Positions 28,259-43,607 of a DNA stretch of 64,000 nucleotides are shown here, piece after piece. Every line of letters starts with the position of its first letter. Positions within the stretch are counted from its first letter, which is position 1. The notes beneath the pieces were generated by a model, which made no database searches, was not told where the DNA came from, and saw only the letters and a program-made list of their open reading frames with translations. A program made the translations under genes and the position numbers. This stretch comes from Eledone cirrhosa (Eukaryota), in contig OZ024749.1 of assembly GCA_964016885.1 (NCBI GenBank), positions 41,478,001 through 41,542,000 on the forward strand, in the 5' to 3' direction.

Positions 28259-28466
28259 TATATATATACATATATATGTAGATAAATCTACCAAGAGTTT
28301 ACGGTAGTGTCCAATCCGTATGAAGAACTCAATGTATTCCGGATATCATGGAAAGAAGAGATGTAATGAAAATCCAATTTCGGTGAAAGATAAACGGTAT
28401 ACAGAGTCAAGATAAAATATTAAACAAATAATGAACAAACAATTCCTTATATTAAACAAAAAAAGT

Positions 28467-28621
28467 TTCACTATTTAACGATCGTTTCTAGGGCATATAT
28501 GTGCTATAATTGGTATGCATATTCAACAGATCTATGTACAAAATTATACAAAATTATACAAATTATCAAGATTAAATATACATACCTAACTCATATATAC
28601 GCCGTCTTCAGAAATAATGAA
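28467..28621 (-). ncRNA. Type I hammerhead ribozyme motif with long helix II, sense to an NHE intron
   Basis: Minus strand: ttcattattt CTGAAGA c ggcgtatat...atatatgcc cta GAAA cgatcg TT | aaatagtgaa. Helix I is 10 bp and the helix III segment is palindromic. The helix II junction is imperfect. Confidence 0.6.
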
Positions 28622-29369
28622 GTATATTTATTGATAATAACAACAATTCAAAATATCAGTTCAAAATTGACCAATGAAAACACAAAGGGTTAAAAAGCAG
28701 TTTGGTGTGTGTATATACATGTAAAACCCTACACACATTTTACAATAATGTGTGTATAATATGTATGTGCATACTAAAAAGATGGATGCAAATAAAAAAT
28801 TTCAAGGTTAATATCTCTGTAAGCTTAATGCGCTGATAAGATACGCAATGATACTTATGTAGTCAAGCATATAAATATATTTTTTTCATACTCACACATA
28901 TCAGTATAATCACACATACATGTGCGTATATATATAAGTATACACATAACCACGAACACACAAACACACACACACCCCCCACTCACATTTATATATGTGG
29001 ATATAAAATCATAAGCAAATAGAAATTAAGTCACTCACATAAACACACTGGTACACACATTTCAAGATCAAGATACAGAAATTAGGTGGGAGGGGGGGGG
29101 AGGGGTCAGTATTAGGTTGTCAGACCAGACAGCCTAATATAAATGTATCTATAAATTATGAAAAATAAAAAAATAAAAACAATAAAATATATTACATATA
29201 ATATAATGTACATACGCATACAGATATACATACACATACATACATGTACGCGCACATAGAGATATCTACACATACGTACATACACACATACCTATACTGT
29301 CATACACACACATACATTTACACGAACATACACATACACATATAAAAGGATAAAATACGGACACACACA

Positions 29370-31575
<2,206 letters not shown>

Positions 31576-31846
31576 AACGAAGGAAATGTGGTAAGGAACC
31601 AGGTGGACCATAATGCACCAAAATACTCAATACTTAGGGTAGTAGAGTGGGGTCTTACTTGTTCCTATATATATATACGTACATATATATGAATATATAT
31701 TATGTATATGTATATAAATGTGTATATATGTGTGTGTGTGTTTATATATATATATACGTATGTATATATATATAATTTACCCCTCCCCCCACACTTATAT
31801 ATACACATAACCATCCCAGCATTTTGTTAAAGATGAACTGACTTAC

Positions 31847-31900
31847 CGATCATCAATCTGTGCATGTGATGTCAAGGAACTCGTAGAATTGTAGACATTT
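31847..31900 (-). CDS. SLC9A: NHE tail exon: RNVYNSTSSLTSHAQIDDR
   Basis: CAG/GTAAGT boundaries. Open in phase 2 to 2, matching both neighbours. Confidence 0.7.
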
Positions 31901-32487
31901 CTGCAATAACATAGAAATTTGGGTTGTAAAATATCAAATTGGCTTTATTAGATCAACTTAAGAATCTTTAGTCATGTCTGTAATTGTTTCTACTTTTGGC
32001 ACAAGGCCAGCAATTACCTCAGTACATTACTGGTACTTTATTTAATCGAGCCCGTAAGGGTGAAAGGTAAAGCTAACCTCCGCGGGATTATTACTTATTG
32101 TTATTGTTACAATTGTAACAATAATAACAAGTATTTTAATCCTTTTGATACTAACTTAGCGAAAACAATCTCTGTTCTCAAAGATTAGGGGCTTATAGCT
32201 ATTTATATTGTACACATGAGCCATCTAAACTGGTTATTCCAATTTGCATAACAGTGTATGTACCGAATAAATATTTCCCTCTATTTTTGTGAAGTTCAAC
32301 ATTTTGAAATCTAGTCTCACAATCCCTGCCAAGGTTTTCTTTGGCCTTACTCTACAGCAGCTTCTTTCCACTGTCATTAAAAATATTCCAATGTTTATGT
32401 CCCCTTCACGCTGATATAATTTGGAAGAAAACAAGAAGATTAAAAAAGAGCGAGTTGATATGTAAATATACCCCCCACTCTGCTTAC

Positions 32488-32594
32488 CTGATAGCAACCT
32501 TTGTGCTGACATGTCCAATCTTAAGAACTGTCGGATGTGGTTCCTTGAGGAGACACCGTTGGATGTAAGTCAGTTCAAATTTCTCTGCTTTTTT
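32488..32594 (-). CDS. SLC9A: NHE exon: KKAEKFELTYIQRCLLKEPHPTVLKIGHVSTKVAI
   Basis: TAG/GTAAGC boundaries, phase 0 to 2. Resembles the NHE tail segment 'F...Y....L.RE'. Confidence 0.82.
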
Positions 32595-33403
32595 CTAGAT
32601 TTTGGTAAATAGAAAAATGGAAGAGAGACAATATAAATAATAATAATTGTTTCTACTATTGGCACAAGGCCAGCAATTATCCCAGTGCATTACTGGTTCT
32701 TTATTTTATCGACCCCGGTTAGGATGAAAGGCAAAGTTAACCTCAACGGGATTTGAACTCAGAATGGCAAGGGCCGTAACTCTATGCGTCAAAGCATGGT
32801 GTCTGACCCTCTACCGATACTGCCAATTCACCGCCCTAATAATAATGTTTTCTAATTTAGGCCCGATGGCCAGCAATTTGAGTGAAGAGGAAGTTGATTG
32901 TACATATGTGTGTATGTATATCAATGTCACTGGACCGAGATCTTTGGCGCTACGTAGTAATACAGAAGACCCGCCTTACCTAAGTACAAAGTGAAACCTA
33001 CTACAGTCAGTAGGCACCTCTAACAGAATACACCCCGTCCCACTACCCCCACCCCATCCACACCACCCCTTTCAATGTAAAGTTATGTTGGAACCACAAC
33101 ATCCAGTCCGAAGCAAATGAGGTCGTGTAGGTGTCACGACAAAAAAACACACAGTCGACGCTGTAATGTGGTCGTGTAGGCAACACGGTAAAAACCTCCC
33201 AGCCCCACACTGTAAATGTGGTTGGTGTTAGGAAGGGCATCCAGCCGTAGAAAACCCGCCAGACAGTCCTATGCGAGCAAGACGACCACTCTTGCCTCAA
33301 GTGGGAAAACTCCCGTCCAAACCCATGCAAGCGTGGAAGATGGACGTTAAACGATGATGATGATGATATGTGCATATATATGTGAATGTATATGTCTACT
33401 CAC

Positions 33404-33469
33404 CCTCCATACATTCTTTCCAGAATGACCAGATACTTTCTCCATCAATTGTAACATATTGTCAGTTAA
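33404..33469 (-). CDS. SLC9A: NHE exon: LTDNMLQLMEKVSGHSGKNVWR
   Basis: CAG/GTGAGT boundaries. Resembles the CHP-binding helix region (D.....IE.I.GH.G). Confidence 0.85.
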
Positions 33470-33615
33470 CTGAGGATGAAGAAAGAAAGACATTTACAAC
33501 AACAATAACAACAGTACAATGATGATAATGATGGTAGATAATTTAAAAATTACAAAATACTATGAAATATAATATATATATATGAATATATATATATGAA
33601 TATATATATATATGA

Positions 33616-33663
<48 letters not shown>

Positions 33664-33807
33664 GAATATATATATATGAATATATATATATATATGGGAC
33701 AACTCCCGTCTAACCCATGCTAGCGTGGAAAATGGACGTTAAATGAAGATGATGATGATGATATATATATATATGAATATATATAAGTATATATATATAT
33801 ATATATC

Positions 33808-33854
<47 letters not shown>

Positions 33855-33970
33855 GAATATATATATGTATGTATTTAGGTTTGAAGGTTCACCACTGGAC
33901 AATTCCATATGGGGTCTATGATTTTCAGCCCCATGGATTTTATCTGTTATATTCATTTATTATATTTCGA

Positions 33971-34028
33971 ATACCTGATGATATCACCGGATTCATACGG
34001 AACCCGGTCATTGAAATGATCATAGTAT
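33971..34028 (+). ncRNA. Minimal type I hammerhead ribozyme motif
   Basis: atac CTGATGA t atcaccggattc atacg gaacccggtcat t GAAA tgatca TA | gtat. Helix III segment is palindromic (ATGATCAT). Confidence 0.7.
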
Positions 34029-34447
34029 AATAAACCTTTCAAGGATTTACACAAGTCCAGCCTCCTGTTATTTTATAATATTATATATGTATGTATATAT
34101 ATCATCATTTTCATCATTATTTCATTTTACGTCCACTTTTCCCTGCTTGCAAGGGTGGGACGGGAACTGATTCTGGCTTGATTTCTACAGCTGGATGCCC
34201 TTCCTAACACCAACCTCATTTACAGTGAGTGCTGGGTGCTTTTTTGCCGTGGCACCTCCATGACCACTTTGCAGTGGAATGATATGGACTCCAGTCCCTA
34301 TCATTTCATTTCTACAGCTGAGTAAACTGGAGCAATGTGAAATAAAGTGTCTTGCTCAAGGAAACAACACATCACCCGGTCTGAGAATTGAACTCACAAC
34401 CTTTCGATTGCAAGGCCAATGCTCTAACCACTAAGCCATGTGCCTCC

Positions 34448-34736
<289 letters not shown>

Positions 34737-34761
34737 GGAGGCACATGGCTTAGTGGTTAGA

Positions 34762-34811
<50 letters not shown>

Positions 34812-34813
<2 letters not shown>

Positions 34814-35000
34814 CGAAGGAAATGTGGTAAGGAACCAGGTGGACCATAACGCACCAAAGTACTCAATACTTGAGGTAGTAGAGTGGGTAATAGGAACCAG
34901 TAAGACCCCGACAGCTGAGCTCAAGCCGTTTCGACGGCTAATTCTGTCCAGAATTAGCCGTCGAAACGGCTTGAGCTCAGCTGTCGGGGTCTTACTGGTT

Positions 35001-35005
<5 letters not shown>
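34812..35005 (-). mobile_element. PLE-like terminal remnant, family A, with a perfect 56-bp hairpin; related copies at 18897-19025, 31576-31668, 39372-39497, 46193-46410
   Basis: Shared body tacccactctactacc..agtattgagtact..ggtgcgttatggtcc..ccttcgtt. All copies abut (TA)n and the inverted segment always ends at ttcctat. Confidence 0.6.
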
Positions 35006-35080
<75 letters not shown>

Positions 35081-35291
35081 AAAAAACGTTTCGCTCTACA
35101 TGGCTGAATACAATAAATGTAATCTGAGTTTTTCGAATATTAATAATAACATTCGATTCGTTTGCAATTATGCAAACAAGCCTCAATTTAAAGCCATGTC
35201 AGTAGAATGAACCCTTCATTCTTGCTCTTGTGTGTTTACATGCCAACACAAATATAATATATATATATATATATATAAATATTATATATAT

Positions 35292-35472
35292 AGTAGAGGT
35301 AGACCACGAAAAACATGGGCGGAGGTGGTGAGAGCAGACCTCGGATCGTTGAAGCTCACCGAGGAGATGACAAAGGACCGTGACAAGTGGAGAGATGTTG
35401 TGCTGAATGGGACCCGTCCAACCCTTGCAAGCAGGGAAAAGCGGACGTAAAATGATGATGATGATGATGATG

Positions 35473-35473
<1 letters not shown>
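35292..35473 (+). mobile_element. 3' end of an RTE-clade LINE with a (GAT)n tail
   Basis: RGRPRKTWAEVVRADL..LTEEMTKDRDKWR, the typical RTE ORF C-terminus, followed by ggacgtaaaatgatgatg. Confidence 0.8.
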
Positions 35474-35506
<33 letters not shown>

Positions 35507-35994
35507 CAATCATCATCATCATCATCATCACCGTTTTACGTCCGTTCTTCCACGCTAGCATGGGTTAGACGGGTTGTCCTGTTGTGGGCAGTGTCTGGTC
35601 GGCTGACCATGCCTTGCTCATACAGGAACTGATCTGGCTTGATTTCTACAGCTGGATGCCCTTCCTAACACCAACCTCATTTACAGTGAGTGCTGGGTGC
35701 TTTTTCGTGGCGCCTACACGTCCACTTTACAGTGTGGGCTGGGTGCTTTTTTGCCGTGGCACCTCCACGACCACCTTGCGGTGGGAGGGGGGGGGCATAT
35801 TGTTTATATGCTTCAGCATGTACCCATGGGAGGTCGGGTACCCTGTATTACTGCGTGACGCCAGAAGTCACGGTCGTGTGTCATTGACTTTGAGAGGTGT
35901 AGTTGGGTAAGGTCGGCTTTTATCACCTCATCCCAAGTCATCTTGGGTCTCCCAATATATTAATAAATGGAAACTATATTTATAAACCCATATT

Positions 35995-36060
35995 TATTTT
36001 ATTAGACATATTTCAAGGGCAACCAAGGCAAATTATGGTGCGCTTTCATCAGATAAAATA
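35995..36060 (-). ncRNA. Minimal type I hammerhead ribozyme motif, sense to an NHE intron
   Basis: Minus strand: tattttat CTGATGA aagcgcacc...ggttgccctt GAAA tatgtc TA | ataaaata. Helix I is a perfect 8 bp; helix III is mismatched. Confidence 0.62.
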
Positions 36061-36464
36061 CAGAATTGTTTTATAAATAGATATTGACATACCCGGAAAA
36101 AAGACAACCTTAACGGTTGGAGCTTCCTGGATAGTATATATATATACATATATATATTTATATGTATATGCATCATCATATACATATATATACATATATA
36201 TATATATATGTATATGCATCATCATCAACATATATATATATATATATTATAATATTAATAATTGTTTCTATTGTTTCTATTAATGAGTAAAACTGTGATT
36301 AACAGTTTTCAAAATTAATCTTCTGAAGTTGGCATGAAGCACTCAATGAGGTGATATCGATAAATCTTAGCTCAAAGTAATAACAATACGTGAGGGGTGT
36401 ATACACACACACACATATATATATATATACTCTATAATAAAGAAATGTGTAAAAAGAACCTCAC

Positions 36465-36554
36465 CTGATGATTAATGGTGCTAAGTAGGTTTTTCTTTGC
36501 TTTCTCCTCCCGTTTAACTTTTAGTATATTTATCAGAGGTCGTATAGAAATTCC
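36465..36554 (-). CDS. SLC9A: NHE exon: GISIRPLINILKVKREEKAKKNLLSTINHQ
   Basis: AAG/GTGAGG boundaries. G.TI.PL...L.VK membrane-proximal tail. Confidence 0.9.
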
Positions 36555-37263
36555 CTTTTAAACAAACACAAAAGAGAACTCATTATTATAATAAAACAAC
36601 AGATGAAATGCAGTTATTTCTTTACAACTCCACAATTAAAACTACAAACATATCAGCTCATTTATCGCAGGAAACATCTTAAAATGCCAGCGCGGTCTTG
36701 TGCCTATAGTAAAAATTATTATTAGATTTATTTTATTGTTTTATTGGTCTCAGTCATTGGCCTATGGTTTCAGTCATTGCCCAGATACTATGTTGAAAAA
36801 TAAACCTCATTTGGTCATTCCATGAGAGTATCTTGGTCAGCCTATGAACTTTTCAGCTGATTTCTATAACAAACTGTCCAGTTGTAAATATACTATAAAC
36901 ATTAGATTTAACAAACCCGCTTTTAAATATTTTCTAGTAAATCATTACAGGATGTTAAGAGTTAAGCCACAATATTAAGGACCTCCCAATAATTGTTTCT
37001 AAAATAGAACACATAGGTAGAAATTTAGGGGAAGGGGTTTGTTAAGTCCCTGAAAGAATGAGAGGCAAAGTTGACTGAGAGATTAAGGGAATTGAGGGGG
37101 TGGGGAACTGAGAAATTGGGGTGAAGGACTGGGAGAATGAGGAATCAAGGGGACTGAGTGGTGGGGGTGGGGGTGACTGAAGGATGGAGGTGAGGGAGTG
37201 TGGGGGGTGGGGTGATGAACTGAATAGAGAGGTGTGTTACAGTTGAAAGTTGAGCTTTCTTAC

Positions 37264-37392
37264 CTGGATGACAACATTGAAGAGAATAATCATGAGAACT
37301 GTTGTGAGGAACATTCCACGTAGAGACACATCTTTCTTGGAAATTTCTAGAGCTAATGAGAATGCTACACCGCCGCGAAGGCCTCCATAGGA
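37264..37392 (-). CDS. SLC9A: NHE exon: [15 protein letters not shown]...[16 protein letters not shown]
   Basis: CAG/GTAAGA boundaries and the GGLRG.VAFSL signature. Confidence 0.94.
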
Positions 37393-37532
37393 CTGAAATA
37401 TAGAAATATGGCAGATACATATATAATCAGATGATGATGACTTTATCACCACCCCACTCACTCTCAAGAGCGTGAAACTAATAAACCTTTGTTCGTACTG
37501 CCTCTCTGTTTTGTTCCCGTTCAATTTTTTAC

Positions 37533-37609
<77 letters not shown>

Positions 37610-37766
37610 ATATATATATATGTATGTATATATATATATATATATGTATGTATATATATATATATATATGTATGTATATATATATATATATATGTATGTA
37701 TATATATATATATATATGTATGTATATATATATATATATATATGTATGTATATATATATATGTATG

Positions 37767-37802
<36 letters not shown>

Positions 37803-37836
37803 TGTATATACATATATATATATATGAGAGATGACC

Positions 37837-38234
37837 CCTTAGCCTTTGTCAAGGCAGAATTCTAGGAGAAGGAAAACTCTGATATAACACCTGCAACCCT
37901 GATGGTATCCAATGATGTTGACTTGTTCTTCTTTTTGGTAAATATCATCTTGGTTAAGAGAGTGGGACTGGCTTTGTGCAGTGCCTTTGCTCACTATAAA
38001 AGCTTCACGGCACAGGCATTGCTTTATATCTGGAGATCTCTCTGCATTTGTCGTCACATGGTACCATGGGCCCAGCACTATGTGTCAATAATTGTCACAA
38101 GTGTAGTGTTTGTACCAGAGCTTTCAAGTCGCTGGCTGGACTAAAAAGTCACACTCGTTCAGCGCATCAGTAGGGGTTCTCCTACATGGATATAAAGTAG
38201 TGGCCGTACTCGAAAACGAGTTGGCAGCCACCAT
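37837..38234. repeat. About 395-bp dispersed repeat, near-identical to 43729-44127
   Basis: Both copies run from ccttagcctttgtcaaggcag to gagttggcagccaccat and end in (TA)n. Confidence 0.85.
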
Positions 38235-38255
38235 GTATATATATATATATGTATG

Positions 38256-38360
<105 letters not shown>

Positions 38361-38363
38361 ATA

Positions 38364-38410
<47 letters not shown>

Positions 38411-38431
38411 ATATATATATATATATGTATG

Positions 38432-38514
<83 letters not shown>

Positions 38515-38552
38515 ATATATATATATATATGTATGTATATATATATATATAT

Positions 38553-38705
<153 letters not shown>

Positions 38706-39126
38706 ATCATCATATATATATATACTATGGAGGTACATGGCTTAGTGGTTAGAGCATTAGCTTGCAATCGAAAGGTTGTGAGTTCAATTCTCAGACCGGG
38801 TGGTGTGTTGTTTCCTTGAGCAAGACACTTTATTTCACATTGCTCCAGTTTACTCAGCTGTAGAAATGAGATGATAGGGACTGAGGTCCCTATCATTCCA
38901 CTGCAAAGTGGTCGTGGAGGTGCCACAGCAAAAAAGCACCCAGCACTCACTGTAAATGAGGTTGGTGTTAGGAAGAGCATCCAGCTGTAGAAATCAAGCC
39001 AGAATCAGTTCCCGTCCCACCCTTGCAAGCAGGGAAAAAGCGGAAAGCGGACGTAAAATGAAATGATGATGGTGACTACCTTGATTAAATCTTAACCATT
39101 TAACATCTCAGGGTATGTCATGTATC

Positions 39127-39189
39127 ATTATATTTTGTCTGATGAGGACGTACTGTTGTACATCCGAAATATGTATAATAAAATGTAAT
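39127..39189 (+). ncRNA. Minimal type I hammerhead ribozyme motif (best-formed copy)
   Basis: attatattttgt CTGATGA ggacgtac tgtt gtacatcc GAAA tatgta TA | ataaaatgtaat. Helix I is 12 bp, G10.1-C11.1 is canonical, predicted cleavage after 39177. Confidence 0.8.
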
Positions 39190-40443
39190 TGATCAAAAGA
39201 ACATCTATTTTATTAATATTTATATTTTAATATTAATAACTCTGGAAAGCTTTTTACCGTAGAGTGCTTCCAATCTACTGTAAAACTCATTCTTTGACAT
39301 AATCATTGAATATTGTTTAACACTATAATATATATATATATAGAGAGAGAGAAAGAGAGAGCAAAGGGTGAGTGGTAAGATACCAGGTGGACCATAACAC
39401 ACCAGAGTACTCAATACTTAGGGTAGTAGAGTAGCGTTCGGATCTAGCTGTCAAAATGACCGGAGCTCAGTCGTCAGGGTCCTGACTCTTTTCCTATATA
39501 TATATATATATGTATCATCATTATCACCGTTTTACATCCATTTTTCCACGCTAGCATGGGTTAGATGGGTTGTCCTGTTGTGAGCGATGCCAGGTCATGT
39601 GACCATGTGTTCCTCATACAGAACTGATTTTGGCTTGATTTCTATAACTGGATCCTCTTCCTAACACCAACCTCATTTACAGTGAGTAGTAGGTACTTTT
39701 TACCGTAGCACCTTCAAGATATATATACAAAATCATATATATATATAGATATATATAATCATATATATATATATATATATATATATACCCGTTAAGGGGT
39801 AAAGCAGCGATTCTTTGCTTAAACTTTGATCTGTTATTTTAATAAATATTTGCTCTAAGGTTCTTATATATTTGATATATATTTATCCTTATCGAGCCCT
39901 CTTTGGATTTTAGTCTTCAAATTTATTATTATTACTATATATATATAGTAATAATAATAATATATATATATAAATATTATTACTATATATATATATATAT
40001 ATAGTAATAATAATAATATATATATATAAATATTATTACTATATATATATAGTAATAATAATAATATATATATATAAATATTATTACTATATATATATAT
40101 ATATAGTAGTAATAATTGTTTCTACTTTAGGCACAAGGCCAGCAATTACCCAGTGCATTACTGGTACTTTATTTTATCGACCCCGTAAGGATGAAAGGCA
40201 AAGTCAACCTCGGCGGGATAATAATATATATATATATATAAAATGTCCAAATGAAGCAGTGTTGGCTCAATGAATAGTTCAAAGCATTATATATTCATAA
40301 TGTGGGAGACATTAGCAAATTAAATTCAGAGAAGAAGAAATGTATACTCATGCCAAGTGAAACAGCAGTAAGGGAACTTTGATGTGAGTATACAGTCTCT
40401 GAATTTATTTTGCTACCAGAAATGGTTTGTAGAAAGGACTTAC

Positions 40444-40526
40444 CATTACTAGTTGTTCTTTGAGAGAGAAAATCTTCATTCTTTCCCCATGGAATTTGTT
40501 GATGAAGTAGGAAAAGACAACTGTAA
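40444..40526 (-). CDS. SLC9A: NHE exon: ITVVFSYFINKFHGERMKIFSLKEQLVM
   Basis: Polypyrimidine tract plus CAG, donor GTAAGT. A second in-frame AG would start the exon at 40520. Confidence 0.88.
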
Positions 40527-40666
40527 CTGGATGGAAGATAAAGAAGAGAACATATACATATATATACATATATATGTATGTAAAAGGTAAACAGAAATAA
40601 CAACACAATCGGTACAGTATATGGACGGTATATATTAGGTTAACGCTTGATATAGCAGGAAGAGGG

Positions 40667-40702
40667 TCTTAACGTTTCGGACGCTAGTCCTTCATCAGAA
40701 GA
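40667..40702 (-). ncRNA. Minimal type I hammerhead motif, sense to an NHE intron
   Basis: Minus strand: tctt CTGATGA a ggac tagc gtcc GAAA cg TT | aaga. Has an AACGTT palindrome in place of helix III. Confidence 0.65.
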
Positions 40703-40765
40703 AAGAATGAGAAATAAAATAGATTGAGAGGACGGGCGGGATGGAATTGGAAAAAATACATATAT

Positions 40766-40824
<59 letters not shown>

Positions 40825-40834
40825 AAAGAGAGAA

Positions 40835-40877
<43 letters not shown>

Positions 40878-41361
40878 ATCAGATTATAAGGGATATAAAA
40901 CCACCCTTAAATTTGAACACACACACATATATCTATGTGCGTTTCTCTCTTTACTGTGTTATAAACAGCTCAGAATTTATTCCTTGAGCTTATTTGATTA
41001 TAAGGAAATATTGTGAGTTTTTAACTCAACATTTTAATTTTTCTCTCTCTCTCTCTATATATATATATATTATAATTTTATCATTATTATTATTATTATT
41101 ATTATTGCACTCTGCTTAGTACTACACCTCTATACTTACTGGAAACTATGCATCGAGTACTCACTCTGGTGAAAACTACAGTAACTGGATGTTACAATCC
41201 CTAAATATATATATATAATATATGATTGAATATAAAAGAGAGATAAACACAGGTATACACATGTATGTGTTCAAATCGTAAAAGACCGGTGGGGTCATCT
41301 TATATTCATCTTATATTCAAGTGTATACAGTATGTTATGAGGTAATAGTGAAATAGCTTAC

Positions 41362-41483
41362 TCAATGCCCTTGAAAGGATGCAAGCCACCAGACTCCAGA
41401 TGATGAAGCCAGCATTCCATACATGTCTGGTCCGAGATACAGAAATACCCAAGAATATGAAGATGACCAATTCTGCAGCCAAT
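41362..41483 (-). CDS. SLC9A: NHE exon: LAAELVIFIFLGISVSRTRHVWNAGFIIWSLVACILSRAL
   Basis: TAG/GTAAGC boundaries, with E..IF.FLG and WN..F motifs and the conserved Arg. Confidence 0.92.
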
Positions 41484-41839
41484 CTACAAGAAATAGGTCA
41501 AACGATGTTTAATGCCAGATATATATATGACAACATAAGTTGGGTACTATAGCAACAATATAGCTGTTATTATGGTGGTTGCTCTGCTTGTTGTTGTTGT
41601 GGTTGTTGTTATAATTGTAGTTGTTGTAGTAGTAGTAGTAGTTGTGGTTGTAGTAGTGGCAGCAGTAGTAGTAGTAGTATAAAGCTGTACTCTAAAGTGT
41701 AGAAAAGTTTTGTTCTACCTTCTCACAGGTACAGGTACAGGTACATTGCATGGTTTATAATGTTTGAACATTTTTTTATTTGCAGGTAAAACTATTTGGA
41801 AGTTTGCAGAAATTTCGGGAAGAGGAAGGCTTGACTTAC

Positions 41840-41935
41840 CCTATTGTCTTGATGATGAATTTTAAATTAGTTCGTGATTTAGGGTTGATATTGTGGAAGG
41901 CATATTGAGCTTGGATCAAGCCACATACTATCATA
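41840..41935 (-). CDS. SLC9A: NHE exon: CMIVCGLIQAQYAFHNINPKSRTNLKFIIKTIG
   Basis: CAG/GTAAGT boundaries and the CG....Y...NI..KS motif. Confidence 0.92.
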
Positions 41936-42312
41936 CTGAAATACAGAGTGTATATTATATATTAATGGGTTTATAATATATAATATGGAAGGTATACTTT
42001 AACCCTTTCATTACTATATTTCTAATGAAATACACTATCTCTGTGGTTCAGTGAAAATAAGCAGAAATTTGAAGGAGTTTGATAAAAAAGAACATTTTTC
42101 ATTAACGTGTAGAGCATTACTTAATAAAAATTTTACATAAAATTATCATGGAAGGTTTTGATGTAAGTATAAACACTTTAAAATAAGTGCTTTTGTATCA
42201 TTAAATATCAGAGCTGTTTTCAGGCAGTTTGGTTTCAAAAGAGAGATATTATACACAATAGATGTGTGTAAAATGTGAATTCCATAGATTATAAGCTGAG
42301 CAATGATCTTAC

Positions 42313-42394
42313 CATATAATTCCTGATAGTTCAAATGACTCGGCTAAAACATATGACAGGTAAGCAGTTATTATCAGAATCACAGGTTCCACCA
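42313..42394 (-). CDS. SLC9A: NHE exon: VVEPVILIITAYLSYVLAESFELSGII
   Basis: TAG/GTAAGA boundaries and the EP...YLSY..AE...LSGI motif. Confidence 0.92.
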
Positions 42395-42819
42395 CTAGAA
42401 TGAAAGATTTAACAAATATAGGTTATCCTATTATCATTGCAAGATATCAGATTATTAAAATTGAGATAAATATTTTATATTTAGTTTGTAAGGATCTTGC
42501 ACATGTTACTTAAAGTTTTAAAGTTTCATATTCACACAAAAAGGGAACATTGAAGTTGAAACATGCATATACGATAGTATAATTGTTTCTACTTTAGGCA
42601 CAAGGCCAGCAATTACCCAGTGCATTACTGGTACTTTATTTTATCGACCCCGTAAGGATGAAAGGCAAAGTCAACCTCGGCGGGATTTGAACTCAGATCG
42701 TAAAGGGACGTAACTATGCTGGAAAGCATGGCGTCCGACCCTCTACTGATACTGCCAATCCACCGCATATACGATAATATAATGATTTGAAGTACCATCT
42801 TTGGTTGTCACTTGATTTA

Positions 42820-42851
<32 letters not shown>

Positions 42852-42882
42852 AATAGGTAGATATATGAGTGTATAAACATAC

Positions 42883-42994
42883 CATGTTTGACATAGGTAT
42901 ACTTGCAGGCTACCGTGGAGAATATACCAATGAAAGCTCCCATCAAGGAACTGACTCCGGCACTAATGAGGAACTTGACAAATCCAAGGCCAAT
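42883..42994 (-). CDS. SLC9A: NHE exon: IGLGFVKFLISAGVSSLMGAFIGIFSTVACKYTYVKH
   Basis: CAG/GTATGT boundaries, hydrophobic TM segment ending in KYT, phase 0 to 1. Confidence 0.9.
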
Positions 42995-43536
42995 CTGGTA
43001 AATATACAACAGGTACAATAACTAATATTGATAGTGGTGTGGTGGTGTGGCGGTGTAGTGGTGTAGTGCTGTGGTGGTATAGTGGTATAGTGGTATGGCG
43101 GTGTGATGGTGTGGTGGTGTAGTGGTGTGGTAGTGGTGTGGTGGTGTGGTGGTGTTGTGGTGTAGTGGTGTGGTGGTATAGTGGTGTGGTGGTGTGGTGG
43201 TGTAGTGGTATGGCGGTGTGGTGCTGTGGTGGTGTAGTGGTGTGGTGGTATAGTGGTGTGGTGGTGTAGTGGTGCAGTCTGGTAGTGGTGTAGTAATATG
43301 GTAGTATGCTGGAATGGTGGTATAGCTGTTTAGCAGAATAATTGAGTGGTAGAATAATGCCTTGGTAGAATGGTAAGATTGTGGAATTATAGGATGTTGA
43401 CTATGATGAAGATGGTGATGATGATGACAATGATGATGATGATAATGATAATGATGATGATGATTCCAATAATTTCAATGATGGTGATGATGATGATATC
43501 AGTTATAAATCAGACCAGTGTCCAGAATCACCTTAC

Positions 43537-43607
43537 ATCTTTACCGGTAATTTCCGGCATGTGATGGAAGTTTTCCATAACTCTGTACAGAACAACACTG
43601 ACACCAT
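43537..43607 (-). CDS. SLC9A: NHE exon: (D)GVSVVLYRVMENFHHMPEITGKD
   Basis: CAG/GTAAGG boundaries. Completes ND-GVSVVLY. Confidence 0.9.

Noticed and set aside
32264-32351. Possible extra NHE exon (RVRPKKTLAGIV...)
   Set aside because: Purine-rich acceptor, and the phase-0 exit is incompatible with the next exon, which then hits a stop.
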